Shown: positions 13,204-26,716, counted from the stretch's first letter. The stretch is DNA of 64,000 nt from Octopus vulgaris (GCA_951406725.2 OX597825.1:53506001-53570000); one strand, 5' to 3'. Program-made: numbers and translations. Notes: generated by a model from the letters alone, not told the origin.

Positions 13204-13600
13204 GTCACTAAAGTGACAAAGGTAACTGATCAGCACCAACATTTCTAGAACTAAGAGTCAAAAGATCTGAATAGCCAGAGAAAGCACAATCATAAATGCA
13301 GGCAAGCTCCTTATAGCAGCAACCATAGTCAGATCATCGATGGTTTCGATTTTGATGCTTAACGCATCTTAATGCTCAGCGGTGGCTCTCTCCGCACTCG
13401 GAGTTAAACTCAGCTCCCTTTGTCAGTTTATATGATATCTGTTGAAATCATACGCTGATTTCATAAACGGTAAAAGTGAAAATTATGAATAACATGGGTG
13501 GCTAATTCGTAATTTTACAACCTGAAGGCAGAAATATACACGTCACTTACGTGACAAAGGGCACGGATGAACACCAGCATTACTAGAAATAAGAGTCAAA
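13204..13600. repeat. ~339-bp monomer as partial tandem, same family as 1488-2110
   Basis: GTCACTAAAGTGACAAAGG...CACCAACATTTCTAGAACTAAGAGTCAAA at 13204 recurs at ~13542; shares TGATTTCA...ATTATGAA...GGGTGGCT with 1790-1840. Confidence 0.7.
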
Positions 13601-13774
13601 GCAATTCAACTGCCACAGATGCTAGTAATGTCCTTTGTTGTTGTTATCAATATTTATATTTACCGCAGATAATAATAATAACCAGCTGGAACCCTGAAAA
13701 TTTCACGGAAAACATAAAGAATGTAAGCATATATAAACAGTGTTCTGGTGCCATGAGAAATGTTTGTATATTAT

Positions 13775-13920
13775 GACCGTCTGTATTTACGTGCTGAGTT
13801 CAAATTCTGCCAAGGTCGACTTTGCCTTTCGTCCTTTCGGGGTCGATAAATTAAGTACGATTTGAGTACTGGAGTTGGTCTACTCAACTGGCCTCCTCTC
13901 CACAAAAAATTTCCGTCCTA
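13775..13920 (+). mobile_element. SINE family B fragment nested in the Helitron 3' region
   Basis: GAGTTCAAATTC...GTCGACTTTGCCTTTCGTCCTTTCGGGGTCGATAAATTAAGTAC. Confidence 0.8.
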
Positions 13921-14107
13921 GAAAAGTATATTGTGACAGTTACAGAATATAGAAGTTAATGTAACACCAATGATTATATAATCCAACCCAAATATCTCAG
14001 TTACACAAAGGAAACGGAATTATTATTTAATCTTAAAATACATCGTACATATTCAAAGAAACTTCTTGGTATAGGGGTACGGAATGTTTTTCTGCTATTA
14101 TTTTATT

Positions 14108-14401
14108 ATTTTACTTGTTTTGGTCATTTGACAGTGGCCATGCTGGAGCACCACTCTTTATTCGAAGAAATTGACCTCTGGACTTATTCCCTGCAAGCAG
14201 TGCTTATTCTATCAGTCTCTTCTCTTGAACAGCTACATTAGAGGAACGCAAATGCACCAACATCGGTTGTCAAGCAATGGTGGTGATGAGACAAACAGAC
14301 ACAAACATACACACACATATACACACATATACATACATACATACATACATACATACATACATACATACATACATACATACATACATACATACATACATAC
14401 A

Positions 14402-14435
<34 letters not shown>
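14108..14435 (-). mobile_element. SINE family A 3' part with (ATAC)n, nested in the Helitron
   Basis: GGCCATGCTGGAGCACCA...CATCGGTTGTCAAGCAATG. Confidence 0.8.
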
Positions 14436-14436
<1 letters not shown>

Positions 14437-17403
14437 GACTGGCTGGGAGGTAGTCGTGATGCTGTCTGGTGCAATTTTGTGGTTTGCTAGTATGTCGAGA
14501 GAGATTCTAACTGGTTCCCCGATGTTAAAGTTGTGATATGGATGTGTAATGATGGAGCGGCTCGTGTGGTGGTGATGTTAGCTGGTGCCGTGGTCCTACC
14601 TCACAGTACTTCCAGGTAGACAATATTTTGTATGTCAGACTACGTTTTTGGCCTTGTCTGTTATCCTGATTGAGTCTCATAACTCTTACTTTGATATTGT
14701 CATAGCTCGTGCTCTTGAAAATGCGACATATAATTGGCCATGAGAAAATAGTGGCTGAGGCAAATGTATTCCAACTTTTTGAAATGTTTGCCTTTGAGCC
14801 TTATTAATTGTCATTGAATATGCAAGTCGAAGTGGAAACTGAAGTCTGTTTAGTGTGAATGAAATATTTGCATCACTTGGACTAAGTTTAATTCTGGGAA
14901 GTAGAACTGTTCGACCTCTTTTAGAGCCTGTTACCATTGATGCATCTACACGATGTTCATGAAGTCTTTGCACTTACATGCGAGTTCCTTTACATTATCT
15001 CTTCATTATTGCAGGGCACTGAATCTGTGCTGAAGTACGTTTTAAGTGTCTCTGGTATAATATTAAGAACTCTTTCATTCATTTCAAGACAGTCGCAATT
15101 TATAGTAGATAAAATTACTCGTTTTTCCATTTATTCTGGCGCGCAGTTGTTGAAACTTTCTGAGACAAGTGATGTTCGACAGCGAAAAGATGTAGGTACG
15201 TCAACAATATGTAGTAGAACATCTTGGAGAACATTGTTTAGGGAACCATTGCGAAGTAAATTCTTGTTCATTAACATCTGCCCTCATATTTCGAGTTAAC
15301 CTAAGGTGATGAAAATGATGCCATAAATGGGATCTTTTAATGCATGTATCAATGATAGCTGCTGGAGGAGCTCGGGGAACAATTGGAAGAGTTTTCTGAA
15401 ATCGCCTCCAAGTAGAACTATTTTTCCTTCAAAGACTGCATCGTTTCCCATTATGTATTTTAGGTACCTATCTATGGCATGTGAAGCAATACTGGAAATC
15501 ACTGATGCTGCATTTACTATATAAACTTGTATGCATAAAAATTCGATAGCGTGTTCTGAATCTGGTGGTACACTGCAAACATAATTTTCTGTCGGTGGTA
15601 ACTTAAATATGTTGTGAATAGTTTTGCCATGCTGCTATGCTTACAGTAATTCCGTTAGCAATAATATGACGTTGTAACATATTGAAAATATATGTTTCTC
15701 CAGAACCACCGGGGGCGTCTAGCTAGAATCAATTTCCATTTTCTAGTTGACCTCTTTCGACGGCAGTAACCGCGTCCATTACAGTGTGTAGTACTCGAAG
15801 CTGTTCGTTATTTAAAGTACTTATATTAGCAGGTTCAATGGGCACGTCATTATCCTGTGTAAATACTTGTTCAATGGCAAACCAAACGTTCTGCAAAAGG
15901 TTTCATGTTCTCTGAATACTCCACTCGATGAAAGTAGAGCTAAATTTTCGGCAGTAGCATCATGCTCTGAAACTAAATGCTTGATCAAGTTATCTTTGTA
16001 ATTATTCCATGTTTGAAGGGCTTTTTGAGGATGGTTAAATAAGCAAGTCATGGCAAAGAAATTGAGTAACTAACGTGGCATTCTAAATGCTACTACTTCT
16101 CTCAAAATATTTATTAGTTCTTCGTCATCATCCAATAATCTTAGTCTGATGCAAGCTTCTTTAAACGCTGGTAAAATTTCTCCTCCCACTGTCTTTAAGT
16201 CTTCATAGGAAGTTGCTCCAGGAACATGGAGTAAAAACAGCTTCAAATTAAACTTTTCAACATCTCTTGGACTCACAGAGTACATTCTGCTGACAATACT
16301 GCATGCTCATTCTGTGTGTGTGTACAACATGTGTTTTTTCTTATTGAATACGTTGTGTTCAGGAATTTCACAATACAAAAAATGGCGTGCATTTATATCA
16401 TTTTGGTTTCATTTGAATCAAGAAGTTAATGTTGTGTCACGATCTCTAGCCCTATCAACTGCTCCTTGTTGCTCTCCCTGTCAATAATACTCGTTCTGTT
16501 CACCCGAAAGACGTACGGCTAGACGATACACTGTATGAAAGTGGCTATGCAATAGGATAGTTGGAGAGGCGCCACATTGCTTCAGGGGCGGAAATATATC
16601 TACAGGATAAGAATGGTTTTATTTTATCGTACTGTTGATGCGGTCTTATTTCTCCACTTTCATTTGTTCCACTGAAATAAATCTCATCATTGCACAGTCA
16701 AGTCCTTTATAAAAAATACTTAAAAAATATATTTTATGCTTTTAACTGATGAACAGATTTCCAAGTTAGCATGAGCTAGTTATCTCTTTAGTGGGTACTT
16801 ATTGAAACGCACTACAATTCTATTGTCGGCAATGTAATTTCCGACACGAACTGAATCCTCCTTATATCTTCGTTTGTAGGCTGGATATCCATTTACGTTT
16901 TCTATAGTTTCTTCATGAAATTCTTTAGGAAAATTCTTTTGACATTGTCCGTGAATCGGCAGTGATGTGACTAATTCACGAAGAAGTTCGTTTCTGTCGG
17001 GGATTTCAGCTGTTAAAAGAGAATCAGTTTGTTACCGTCCTTGGTTTATCTTGTTCGCGTAACGTACTTAGCATGTGACAATGTGGCAAACCTCGCTTTT
17101 GGAATTCAACGACGTGAATGTGAGCAACGGGAACTCCCAGAACATATCTGTCTTTAATATCAGTCATCAATTCATTAAGATGAGCTTCATACACGCGTGA
17201 CACTAAGTAGGCCTATTTTGAGCTGTTTCGATGGATCCCAAGTTGTTTGTAATATCAGGGCGGCTTGGGTTGCAAGTATAAGTTAAAAGAAAACAGGTTT
17301 CCCATATTTACAAACAATGGATATGGCATCCTGATATGACTGTAGCATAGTTCTTGGACTGCCTGTAAATAAAGAGTCAAGAATAACAGGAATACCAGAA
17401 TCT

Positions 17404-17733
17404 CTATTATAACCATTTCTTAATACAGTTCTATTTTTAAGAGATGAGTAATTATTTACATTATTTATATTATTTACATTTGTCCTCATCTTGTTTGTTG
17501 TTAACACAAATTTTCGGCTGATATAACCTCCAGCCTTTATCAGGTGTCTTGGGGAAATTTCGAACCTGGGTTCTCATTTCTAACGTATTTTTCGATGTTG
17601 TTGCTGTTGTTATTATTATTATAATTATATTATTATAATTATTATCAACTCGGAGTCTTGGGGTTAGTAGCCCGCGCTCTTAACCACAACGCCATAAGCC
17701 CGTGGGCAATTATGGAGTGAATTTTTAGGGCTT
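17404..17733 (-). mobile_element. tRNA-headed, hammerhead-ribozyme-containing short retroelement, copy 1 (inserted in the Helitron)
   Basis: Minus strand: tRNA-like GGGCTTATGGCGTTGTGGTTAAGAGCGCGGGCTACTAACCCC, AAT tract, then GACAC-CTGATAA-A-GGCTG-loop-CAGCC-GAAAATTT-GTGTT; imperfect TSD AGAATCT (17397-17403) / AGAAATCT (17734-17741). Confidence 0.8.
17502..17548 (-). ncRNA. Minimal type I hammerhead ribozyme-like motif (degenerate, G8A)
   Basis: Stem I GACAC/GTGTT, core CTGATAA, stem II GGCTG/CAGCC, GAAA. Confidence 0.6.
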
Positions 17734-17947
17734 AGAAATCTAATTGTTTCTTCTTTTGCAAAAATTCGCAAAATTCATGAGCTTTGAATATAAAGCAACT
17801 CTTAATTCATTTTGATGCTCTCTGATATAATGCAGACGACAACCTTCTACTTTAATATAAGCATTAACAATATACTGCTGATTTGCGAATGGGCTATAAT
17901 TCATCCCTTATTGCTAATACTATTTTTTGGAATATTAATTCAGTGAC

Positions 17948-18142
17948 AAGGCGGTGAGCTGGTAGAATCGTTAGCACGCCAGGTAAAATGCTTAGCAGTA
18001 TTTCGTCCGGTCGTTCGTTCCAGTTCAAATTCCGCCGTTGTCGTGGTCGCTAAAATAAGTACCAGTTGAGCACCGAGCTCGATGTAATCTACTTGTGACC
18101 TCTTCCATAATATTTGTCTTTGTACCAAAATTTGAAATCAAT
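17948..18142 (+). mobile_element. SINE family B (diverged)
   Basis: AAGGCGGTGAGCTGGTAGAATCGTTAGCACGCC...AGTTCAAATTCCGCCG. Confidence 0.8.
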
Positions 18143-18708
18143 ACCAGTTCAAGGTTTATAATGTTATGTTAGAAAGTAAGGTTATGATTTAATTAGAACT
18201 ATGCTTTCAACATTTTCATCAGGGAGTAATGACATAAAAAGTTTGCCGACCAATCCACTAAAGCACTGAATATGATGAAATCCATCAAGTGGGCCACATA
18301 TACAGTGGATGGAAAGACTCATTCCTCATCTGCTTATATAACAACACATATTCTTGGTTACATTTATCAGAGTGCAGTCAAATCTCTTTTCCTGGCATCT
18401 GTCCTGTTGACCGTAAAGCAAGCCATGCGCACTAATTTTTCTATTCTGATTAGTCAATTAAAAAGAGCAGCAAAATACTCACACATCTACACAAAAATAT
18501 ATTCCATGCTAGTATCAAGTTTATCATGGATGATGTCCCTCCTTTCTCATCACAATTGAATAATAGCCTAAGACCTACTATAATTAACTAAAAACGAAAA
18601 GGTAAAAGCTGGTTGAAACATAGCGAAACCCATATCACTGTCATGGTCATCATCACGATCATCATAATCATCATATTCATGATCGTGATAATGATATCAT
18701 CATCATCG

Positions 18709-18741
<33 letters not shown>

Positions 18742-19562
18742 ACAACAACAACAACAACAACACCATCAACAACAGCAACAATAGCAACATTGTCCGGTGT
18801 GAGAAACCCAGCAACTATTTCTTGAGGCAATAATAGTAAATAGATATTGAGATCAGGAAATCTTAGAATTCATGTTTGATTACCAAGTCTGATTTCGATG
18901 ATATTCTCTTCATAACCATAACCATTACCTCCAACACTGTCAACGCTATCAGCACCAAAATTATCATTTTCGTCATCATCATCACCATCATCATCCTCCT
19001 CATCATCATCATCATGAACAACAACACCAGCAACAACAACAACAACATCACCACTTCCCAGAAGACTATCAATAGCCATCGAAATTATCATCATCGTCAT
19101 CATCATCATCATCATTCCCTCAAAACTGGCTTCTTTATGAGAATTTGTGTTCTGTAATATTGCAATATCACACAAACACACACAAACACAAATACACACG
19201 CACACACACTTTGTCTTTCTTAATGCCGTTGAATTTTAATTTGATGAAAATGAAATTTATAACTTTAATGTGTCCGCTTACGGCGTAAACGACTCTCGAT
19301 ATAATTCTTTTTACTTCAGCTTTTGCGCCAATTACAGTTTCAGAACCACCTGATCATACTTCATCAATCTGTGTACATTTGTGTAGCCCTCCCGTTGTCA
19401 TTACTGATGTCTCGTTAGCGAAATTTGTTTCCCACGAGAATTCCGGACCCCAGTTATGAACTCATTTGCATACGGCCAATCAGAGCTCAATTATCAAACA
19501 ATTGTCCACCTGGTCACGAAAATACTCTGGCTGAATTCGGCGCAAAATGTGCGTTATGTCAT

Positions 19563-19685
19563 TTTATACACTAAATTTTACATTTGTCACCCCTACTAAC
19601 CGGTTTAGAACAGTTAGAATCTAATAGAATCTAACTGTTCTAAACCGGTTAGAAGGGGTGACAAATGTGAAATTTAGTGTATAAA
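19563..19685. repeat. Hairpin/palindrome with ~55-bp arms
   Basis: TTTATACACTAAATT...CAGTTAGA vs TCTAACTG...AATTTAGTGTATAAA; the centre carries TAGAATCTAA twice. Confidence 0.92.
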
Positions 19686-20149
19686 GTGAATAAAGAGCTG
19701 AGCTGCTCATCGACGATGCCATAAGTGTTGCCTTCTTGTGTTATTTGCTAGAAAATGTAAATGAGTGTAGTTTCCTAATTTTTTGACTGATTTTGTACAT
19801 TGCTAATTTAAAATGTTGGTGTCAATCTGGAAACATTGTAATGAATATGGCATTGTGTTGTATTGCGCATTCCTTACATATATCAATGGGTACATGCAGT
19901 ACCACTAATCTCAATCTCAGCATATGCACCTAATGTTACCTCCATATAGAGCTAGTGCTCAATTGATCTATGACGATGGTGGGGAGGAATGTAGTGCTTA
20001 TGTGAAAACTGCTATGCTGTACTCACAGAGTGGCATACACCATTCTATGCGTGATGGCTGAACTGTAGTAGTACACAGTATGTGGATTTTAAAGGTGAGC
20101 TCTGAATGGATGTATGCATTAACATAGAGGAGACATAGAAGTTTAGTAT

Positions 20150-20860
20150 ACGGAGATTGGTTTCGATGTTTGGAGTACGGTTTCTGAAGTAATACAATCT
20201 TGAGAATGCAGATTTTGTCAGCACTATTCATCTTTTGATCTCTTTCTCATATCTTGTCTCTTCTATGATCAAAATTCAAATGTAGTTGAAAGATAATACT
20301 TGCTTAATGATTTGCTTGTTAATTTTCAGCATGAACTTTGGGCTTCCCTCCTCTCTCACCATCATACACCCTGTCTTCTTGAAAATTATGAACAGACCCT
20401 TTCTATCACTTACTCTGACCACTATACCCAGAAAACTCTGAAGTTTCCTTTCCGAAATGCAAGTAAAACTGCATCATGTGAATATCTTATGTTGTTGATG
20501 CGTTTGCCTCTAACCCGAAAATCTATTTCCTTCTCCGGTTCTTTTATGATTAATTCACTAAAGTATTTGAAGCGATCTTCACTGCATGTTTCTTCCACCT
20601 TAGTGCACGCTGATTGGTTCCAGCTCAGGCTCTTTAACATTTGGAGGTCTTTTCCATGTAGACCAATGTTACTGAGTTCGTCAAATGACATATCATGTCT
20701 TACTTTGTCAAAAGTTTATATGTAATCTATGAAACACATGAAGAGGTATTTTTGCATCCACACCGCCCTCTCTATTTTCATTCACAATAGAAAAAATAGC
20801 ATTCCTAGTACCGGCTTCCTTTACAAAGCCAAAGAATTCAATTCCAATAACAAATCCAGT
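20150..20860 (-). mobile_element. RTE-clade LINE RT remnant
   Basis: FGFVKEAGTRNAIF, a CFID...TFDKVRH relic and GKRINNIRYSHDAVLLA (cf. INNLRYADDTVLLA). Confidence 0.8.
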
Positions 20861-21877
20861 TACCTAAATGACTAACAAAATTAACACAAAATTGCTTCAC
20901 ACACACACATACACAAACACACACACACACACGCTCTCACTCTCTCTCTCTCTCTCTCACTGGAGTCCCTAGCATTAAGCAAACTTGAAGCGCCATTAAG
21001 TTAGGAGTGGAAGACGAAAGAACTGACTGGCATGCAATCGTATGCTGGGTAGTAGCGATAGACTACTGTCTATGGCTATTTAATTGAAGTTAGAGACTTA
21101 ATTCTGACAAAGAGACACTTCATTAAATATGTGTTTTCATATATTTATTATTTGAAGTACTTTACATATGTACAAGTACATTAGTATGATACTGAAAAAG
21201 CATAATGCTAAGATGTATATGACACTTAAGGTTTAACAATAGGTACCATAGAAACAATGTTTTTGTCAATACAGTTATGTGACGTACATAATTATTATAA
21301 TTATATAGAAAGATATTTGCAGATATACAGTTATTTCTGTATGTATATCCACATTACACTATTTCTAGCTGAATGTGTTCGATCAGTGATAGCGTTGGTA
21401 GAGGTATTTGAAAGAGTCGAGATAGGAAGACATCAAATGAGAAAAGCCGAAAGTTATTGTTGTAGAGAGCTAGTGGTGAAGGAGGGAGTGGAGTATGGCG
21501 GGACTGAATGGAAACAATGGATACGAAAATACAACTCACTGAACTGAGACAAGAATATTGAGTATAATATGGATATTAGAGATGGACTATGATTAATGAA
21601 TGACAAACTCCTGTCGCTGAGAGAAATAAAATATGGTGTTCGTATAGTTGTAGGATGTAATGTTCGGGAAGTGTTTTAGTTTTATTTTCGGATTTTAGCA
21701 TCTATATATACGTAGAGTATGTTGGTAGGATACTCCATGTGGGATTCTTGTCCTAATATTCACCACATTACAAGTCAGTGAATTAACCAATGGCTACAAA
21801 GTGTGTGATATTGGGTGATGCGATGCGCTTGTACAGAAGCAAAATTGTCGGGCAACTACGTAATATAAACAGTAATT

Positions 21878-22290
21878 AAGGTGGCGAACTGACAGAATCG
21901 TTTGCACGCCGGGCGAAATGCTTAGCGGTATTTTGTCTGGCGTTACGTTCTAAGTTCAAATTCCGCCGAGGTAGACTTTGCCTTTCATCATTTCGGGATC
22001 GATTAAATAAGTACCAGTTACGCACTGGAGTCGATATAGTTAACTTAATCCGTTTGTCTGTCCTTGTTTGTCCTCACTGTGTTTATCCCCTTGTGGGTAG
22101 TAAAGAAATAGGTATTTCGTCTGCCGCTACGTTCTGAGTTCAAATTCCGCCGACGTCGACTTTGTCTTTTATCCTTTCTAGGCCGATTAAATAAGTACTC
22201 ACTGAGGACGATGTAATCGTCTTAATCTATTTGTCTGTCCTTGTTTGTCCCCTTTATGTTTAGGCCCTTGTGGGCAATAAAGAAATAAAT
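21878..22290 (+). mobile_element. SINE family B with internally duplicated body
   Basis: tRNA-like head, body ~21930-22110 repeated at ~22111-22290; central GTCGACTTTGCCTTTCATCCTTTCGGGGTCGA-type domain resembling conserved metazoan SINE cores. Confidence 0.88.
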
Positions 22291-22319
22291 ATAAACAGTA
22301 ATACATAAATGATGGTCAC

Positions 22320-22520
22320 GTTTGGTACAAGCAATTTCGGAGATGGGGTTAGTCGATTACATCGACGCCCGTGCTGCACTGTTACTTATTGTGTTGAACC
22401 CCGAAAGGATGAAATGCACAGTCGAATCCGGTGGCGTTTGAACCCAGATCTTAAAGTTGGAAGACGTAACATAATGCATTTTGTCAGGTGCCGTAACGAT
22501 ACTACCTGCATGTCGCCTTA
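22320..22520 (-). mobile_element. SINE family B, decayed
   Basis: CCCCGAAAGGATGAAATGCACAGTCGA...TCGCCTT. Confidence 0.65.
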
Positions 22521-23098
22521 TACTCGTCTAATATTGATATAAACAAAATGCATCAACACATATATATACAAATTCAGATAAATATACACAGTTACACACA
22601 CAGTCACACACATACACACTAACACACGTGTGTATATATTCTCTATTTTTGCTTCATTAACTGAGATCCCACTATGTCGCCCTGCACTAAGGCTGTTCTT
22701 TTATATCCGTGTATTTATAAGTGTGTAGATAACGTATCAAATTATTCAACCTTTCTTCTCTTTGTTCACAGTCAGAAGTGGATTACTCATCACACCCAAC
22801 CTTCCCTTCAGAAGAAGAATATTTCACTTTGATATACAATATTGTTACCTACTGTGAACAGGATCAGTTGTAACCAAAACAGAATTAATTCTGTAAATTC
22901 TCATCGAATGATGAATATACTACACAGCATATCCTAAAGTATTTAAATGTATATGCTGTATTTGTAAGACTTGCACCTACGCAAAAATATACAAGATAAC
23001 ATATATATACATATACACATCTTCACTTACACACACAAACATATAACTATACAATATGCACATATTTACATATGTACAAATTATAGATGCGCATATAT

Positions 23099-24282
<1,184 letters not shown>

Positions 24283-24372
24283 GTATATATAAAGATAATA
24301 TCGATATTTAAATATCGATATTACCAAGTGGCCACATGGGAAAAATACCATACAAAGGTAGTAATTTTTTAC

Positions 24373-24655
24373 AACTAAAAATAAGGGTTTCTGAGAGACA
24401 CCACCATGCCGAAATAGCAGTCAAATCCCTGACTCCAAAAACCACATTAAATGTTCATATCGCACCATGAGATAAGACAGAGGGACAAAATAGACTAGCA
24501 AAAAATATTTTTTTAAATAATACTTTTTGCTAGTCTATTTTGTCCCTCTGTCTTATCTCATGGTGCGATATGAACATTTAACGTGGTTTTTGGAATCAAG
24601 GATTTGACTGCTATTTCGGCATGGTGGTGTCTCTCAGACACCCTTATTTTTAGTT
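24373..24655. repeat. Fold-back palindrome, ~140-bp arms, each with an HHR-like motif, next to (TA)n
   Basis: 24373-~24512 is the reverse complement of ~24515-24655; arm contains GGGTTT-CTGAGA-GACA..TGCC-GAAA-TAGCA-GTC-AAATCC. Confidence 0.93.
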
Positions 24656-24680
24656 ATATATATATATATATATATATATA

Positions 24681-25410
24681 TTAATAGTTATCGCCAAGCT
24701 AACATGGCAGTCCTGACAAATAGGGCAAATGCTGCTGTTGATTAGCTCCAAGAGGCCATCGCCTTTTGCTAGCTATGTGTCCACACAAATCTGTGTCCAT
24801 TATAGCCTTCGAACAGAGGAGGTCAAAAACTTCCCCTTGCTGGCTCAACACCCATTGACTAGTTTCAGGGGGTACTTGCCCCTAATTAATGTGGAGTACC
24901 CGAACCCAGCAGGCGTCGCTGCTGACCGTCTGTTCGAAGGTTTATTTACCTATATTCAGTGGAATACATCCACTTGTCAAAAATAGAAATATTAACGTTT
25001 ATAAGTCTCTCTAAAGGAGACTACTAGAGCGGTACTCGCTATTAATAGTTATCGCCAAGCTAACATGGCAGTCCAGGGAAATAGGACGGATGCTACCGTT
25101 GATTAGCTCCAAGAGGTCATCGCCTCACAAACTAGATTCGATTACTTCACATTGATAAGGGGCAAAAACCCCGAAACTAGTCTGTAGTTGTTGAACTAGC
25201 AAGGAAAATCTGCTGCCCTCCTCTTTTCGAATGTTATAATGGACACAGATTTGTGTGTCACATAGCTAGCTAGAGACGATGGCCTCTTGAAGATAATGAA
25301 CGGCAGCATTCGTCCTTTTTTCTTGAACTGCCATGTTAGCTTGGCGATAACTATTAATATCCAGTACCGTTGCCGTAGTCTAATTTAGAGTGACTTAGAA
25401 ATGTTAATAC
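24681..25410. mobile_element. ~361-bp HHR-bearing monomer: tandem 1.25-mer plus inverted copy (retrozyme/PLE pLTR-like)
   Basis: TTAATAGTTATCGCCAAGCTAACATGGCAG at 24681 and 25042, inverted at ~25330-25358; HHR-like TTGATAA-GGGG-CAAAAA-CCCC-GAAACTAGTC at 25152-25182, decayed minus-strand copy ~24855-24895; short fragment at ~6102-6148. Confidence 0.75.
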
Positions 25411-25429
25411 AAACACACACACACGCACA

Positions 25430-25496
<67 letters not shown>

Positions 25497-26680
25497 GATA
25501 GATACAGAAATATATGCGTGTATATGTATAGTTAGATATAGTAATCTATGTATATATACAGATAGAGACAGATAGAGACAGGGACAACCAAACAGACAGA
25601 CAGAGAGAGACGCACAGACAAAAAGGTGTCAGTGTGAGCGGGCGGCTGTGTGTATGTATGTTTAGCGTATGACATTATACAAAAAAGTCATGTACTAAAG
25701 GCACATCAATATACGATCGCCTTTTGTGAATCGCACGGCAATGTTTCACATTACCGATCGTCAGGTGATTATTGTCTGTACAATTTGCTTTTATATATCG
25801 GATATCATTGCTCGGTTGACATTGAAATCTCTTCGGGAAGAAGTATTCTGAGACGAAATTGTAAATATACATTCATAAAAGATTATATTCGACATATTTT
25901 TGTCGCTGTTTTCAACAGCAAATTATAAAGATTAATAGTGAGTTGATGCATGGGTTACATGCTGGGAAGTTTTTAACACAAACACTGCTATTATGGCTTT
26001 AATTTATGAGTTTGTACATGATGTGGATTTCAGTTGGTTAGGAGTTACATGGATATATCTTTTTATTTAATGATTGGTTGAATAAAATAAATCATTAAAC
26101 GTTAAGATGTTCATGAAAACATATTTGTTTGAATCCTTGCTGTGTTGTGTAAATATGGTTAATATATTTGTAGATATACTCTATATTGATTGTACGTTAG
26201 GCGCAGCGATATATTTTGTAGCGTGTATGTGTGTATATCAGTATGTGTGTATGTTTGTGTGTGCCTGTGTTTTTGTGTTTGATGTAAGATACCTACAATA
26301 TATATTCTATTGTGTTTGCTGTAACTGTTTCATATCTTCAATAGTAGAACATACATTTTGATTGGTATGAATGTAAATAATAACGTAGAGAATGAATAAC
26401 AAAAAGATGAATGATAAAAAGGAAAATGAATAATTCTGCCTAAAACTTGAAAGAAGGAAGAAAAAGCAAATAAGAATACATGAACATTAGTCTCATAAAA
26501 AAATACCGAAATGAAAGTGTGAAAAGTTAGAGATTAGTTAATATAAAAAGTACCTACAAACAAACACGGACTCACACGCCCCCCCCCCCAACACACAGAC
26601 ACATGCATAAAGCTCGTGCTTATAAACGCACAATAAGATATATTATCTTCGGATGTATGCAACAATAACTTTGCCTTTCA

Positions 26681-26716
<36 letters not shown>

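Larger units (their letters stand above)
13682..17900 (-). mobile_element. Decayed Helitron (Rep-HUH plus PIF1-like helicase pseudogene) with intact 3' terminus
   Basis: QQYIVNAYIKVEGCRLHYIREHQ (~17800-17870), FTGSPR, HVVEFQKRGLPHCHML (HUH, ~17070-17120), KYFYKG, DAPGGSGET (Walker A relic), LLGGDFR, QFPLRLAYSMTINKAQ, HGQLYVAFSR, NIVYLEVL* at ~14601; 3' end CCGTGAAATTTTCAGGG hairpin then CTGG|T at 13682. Confidence 0.93.
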
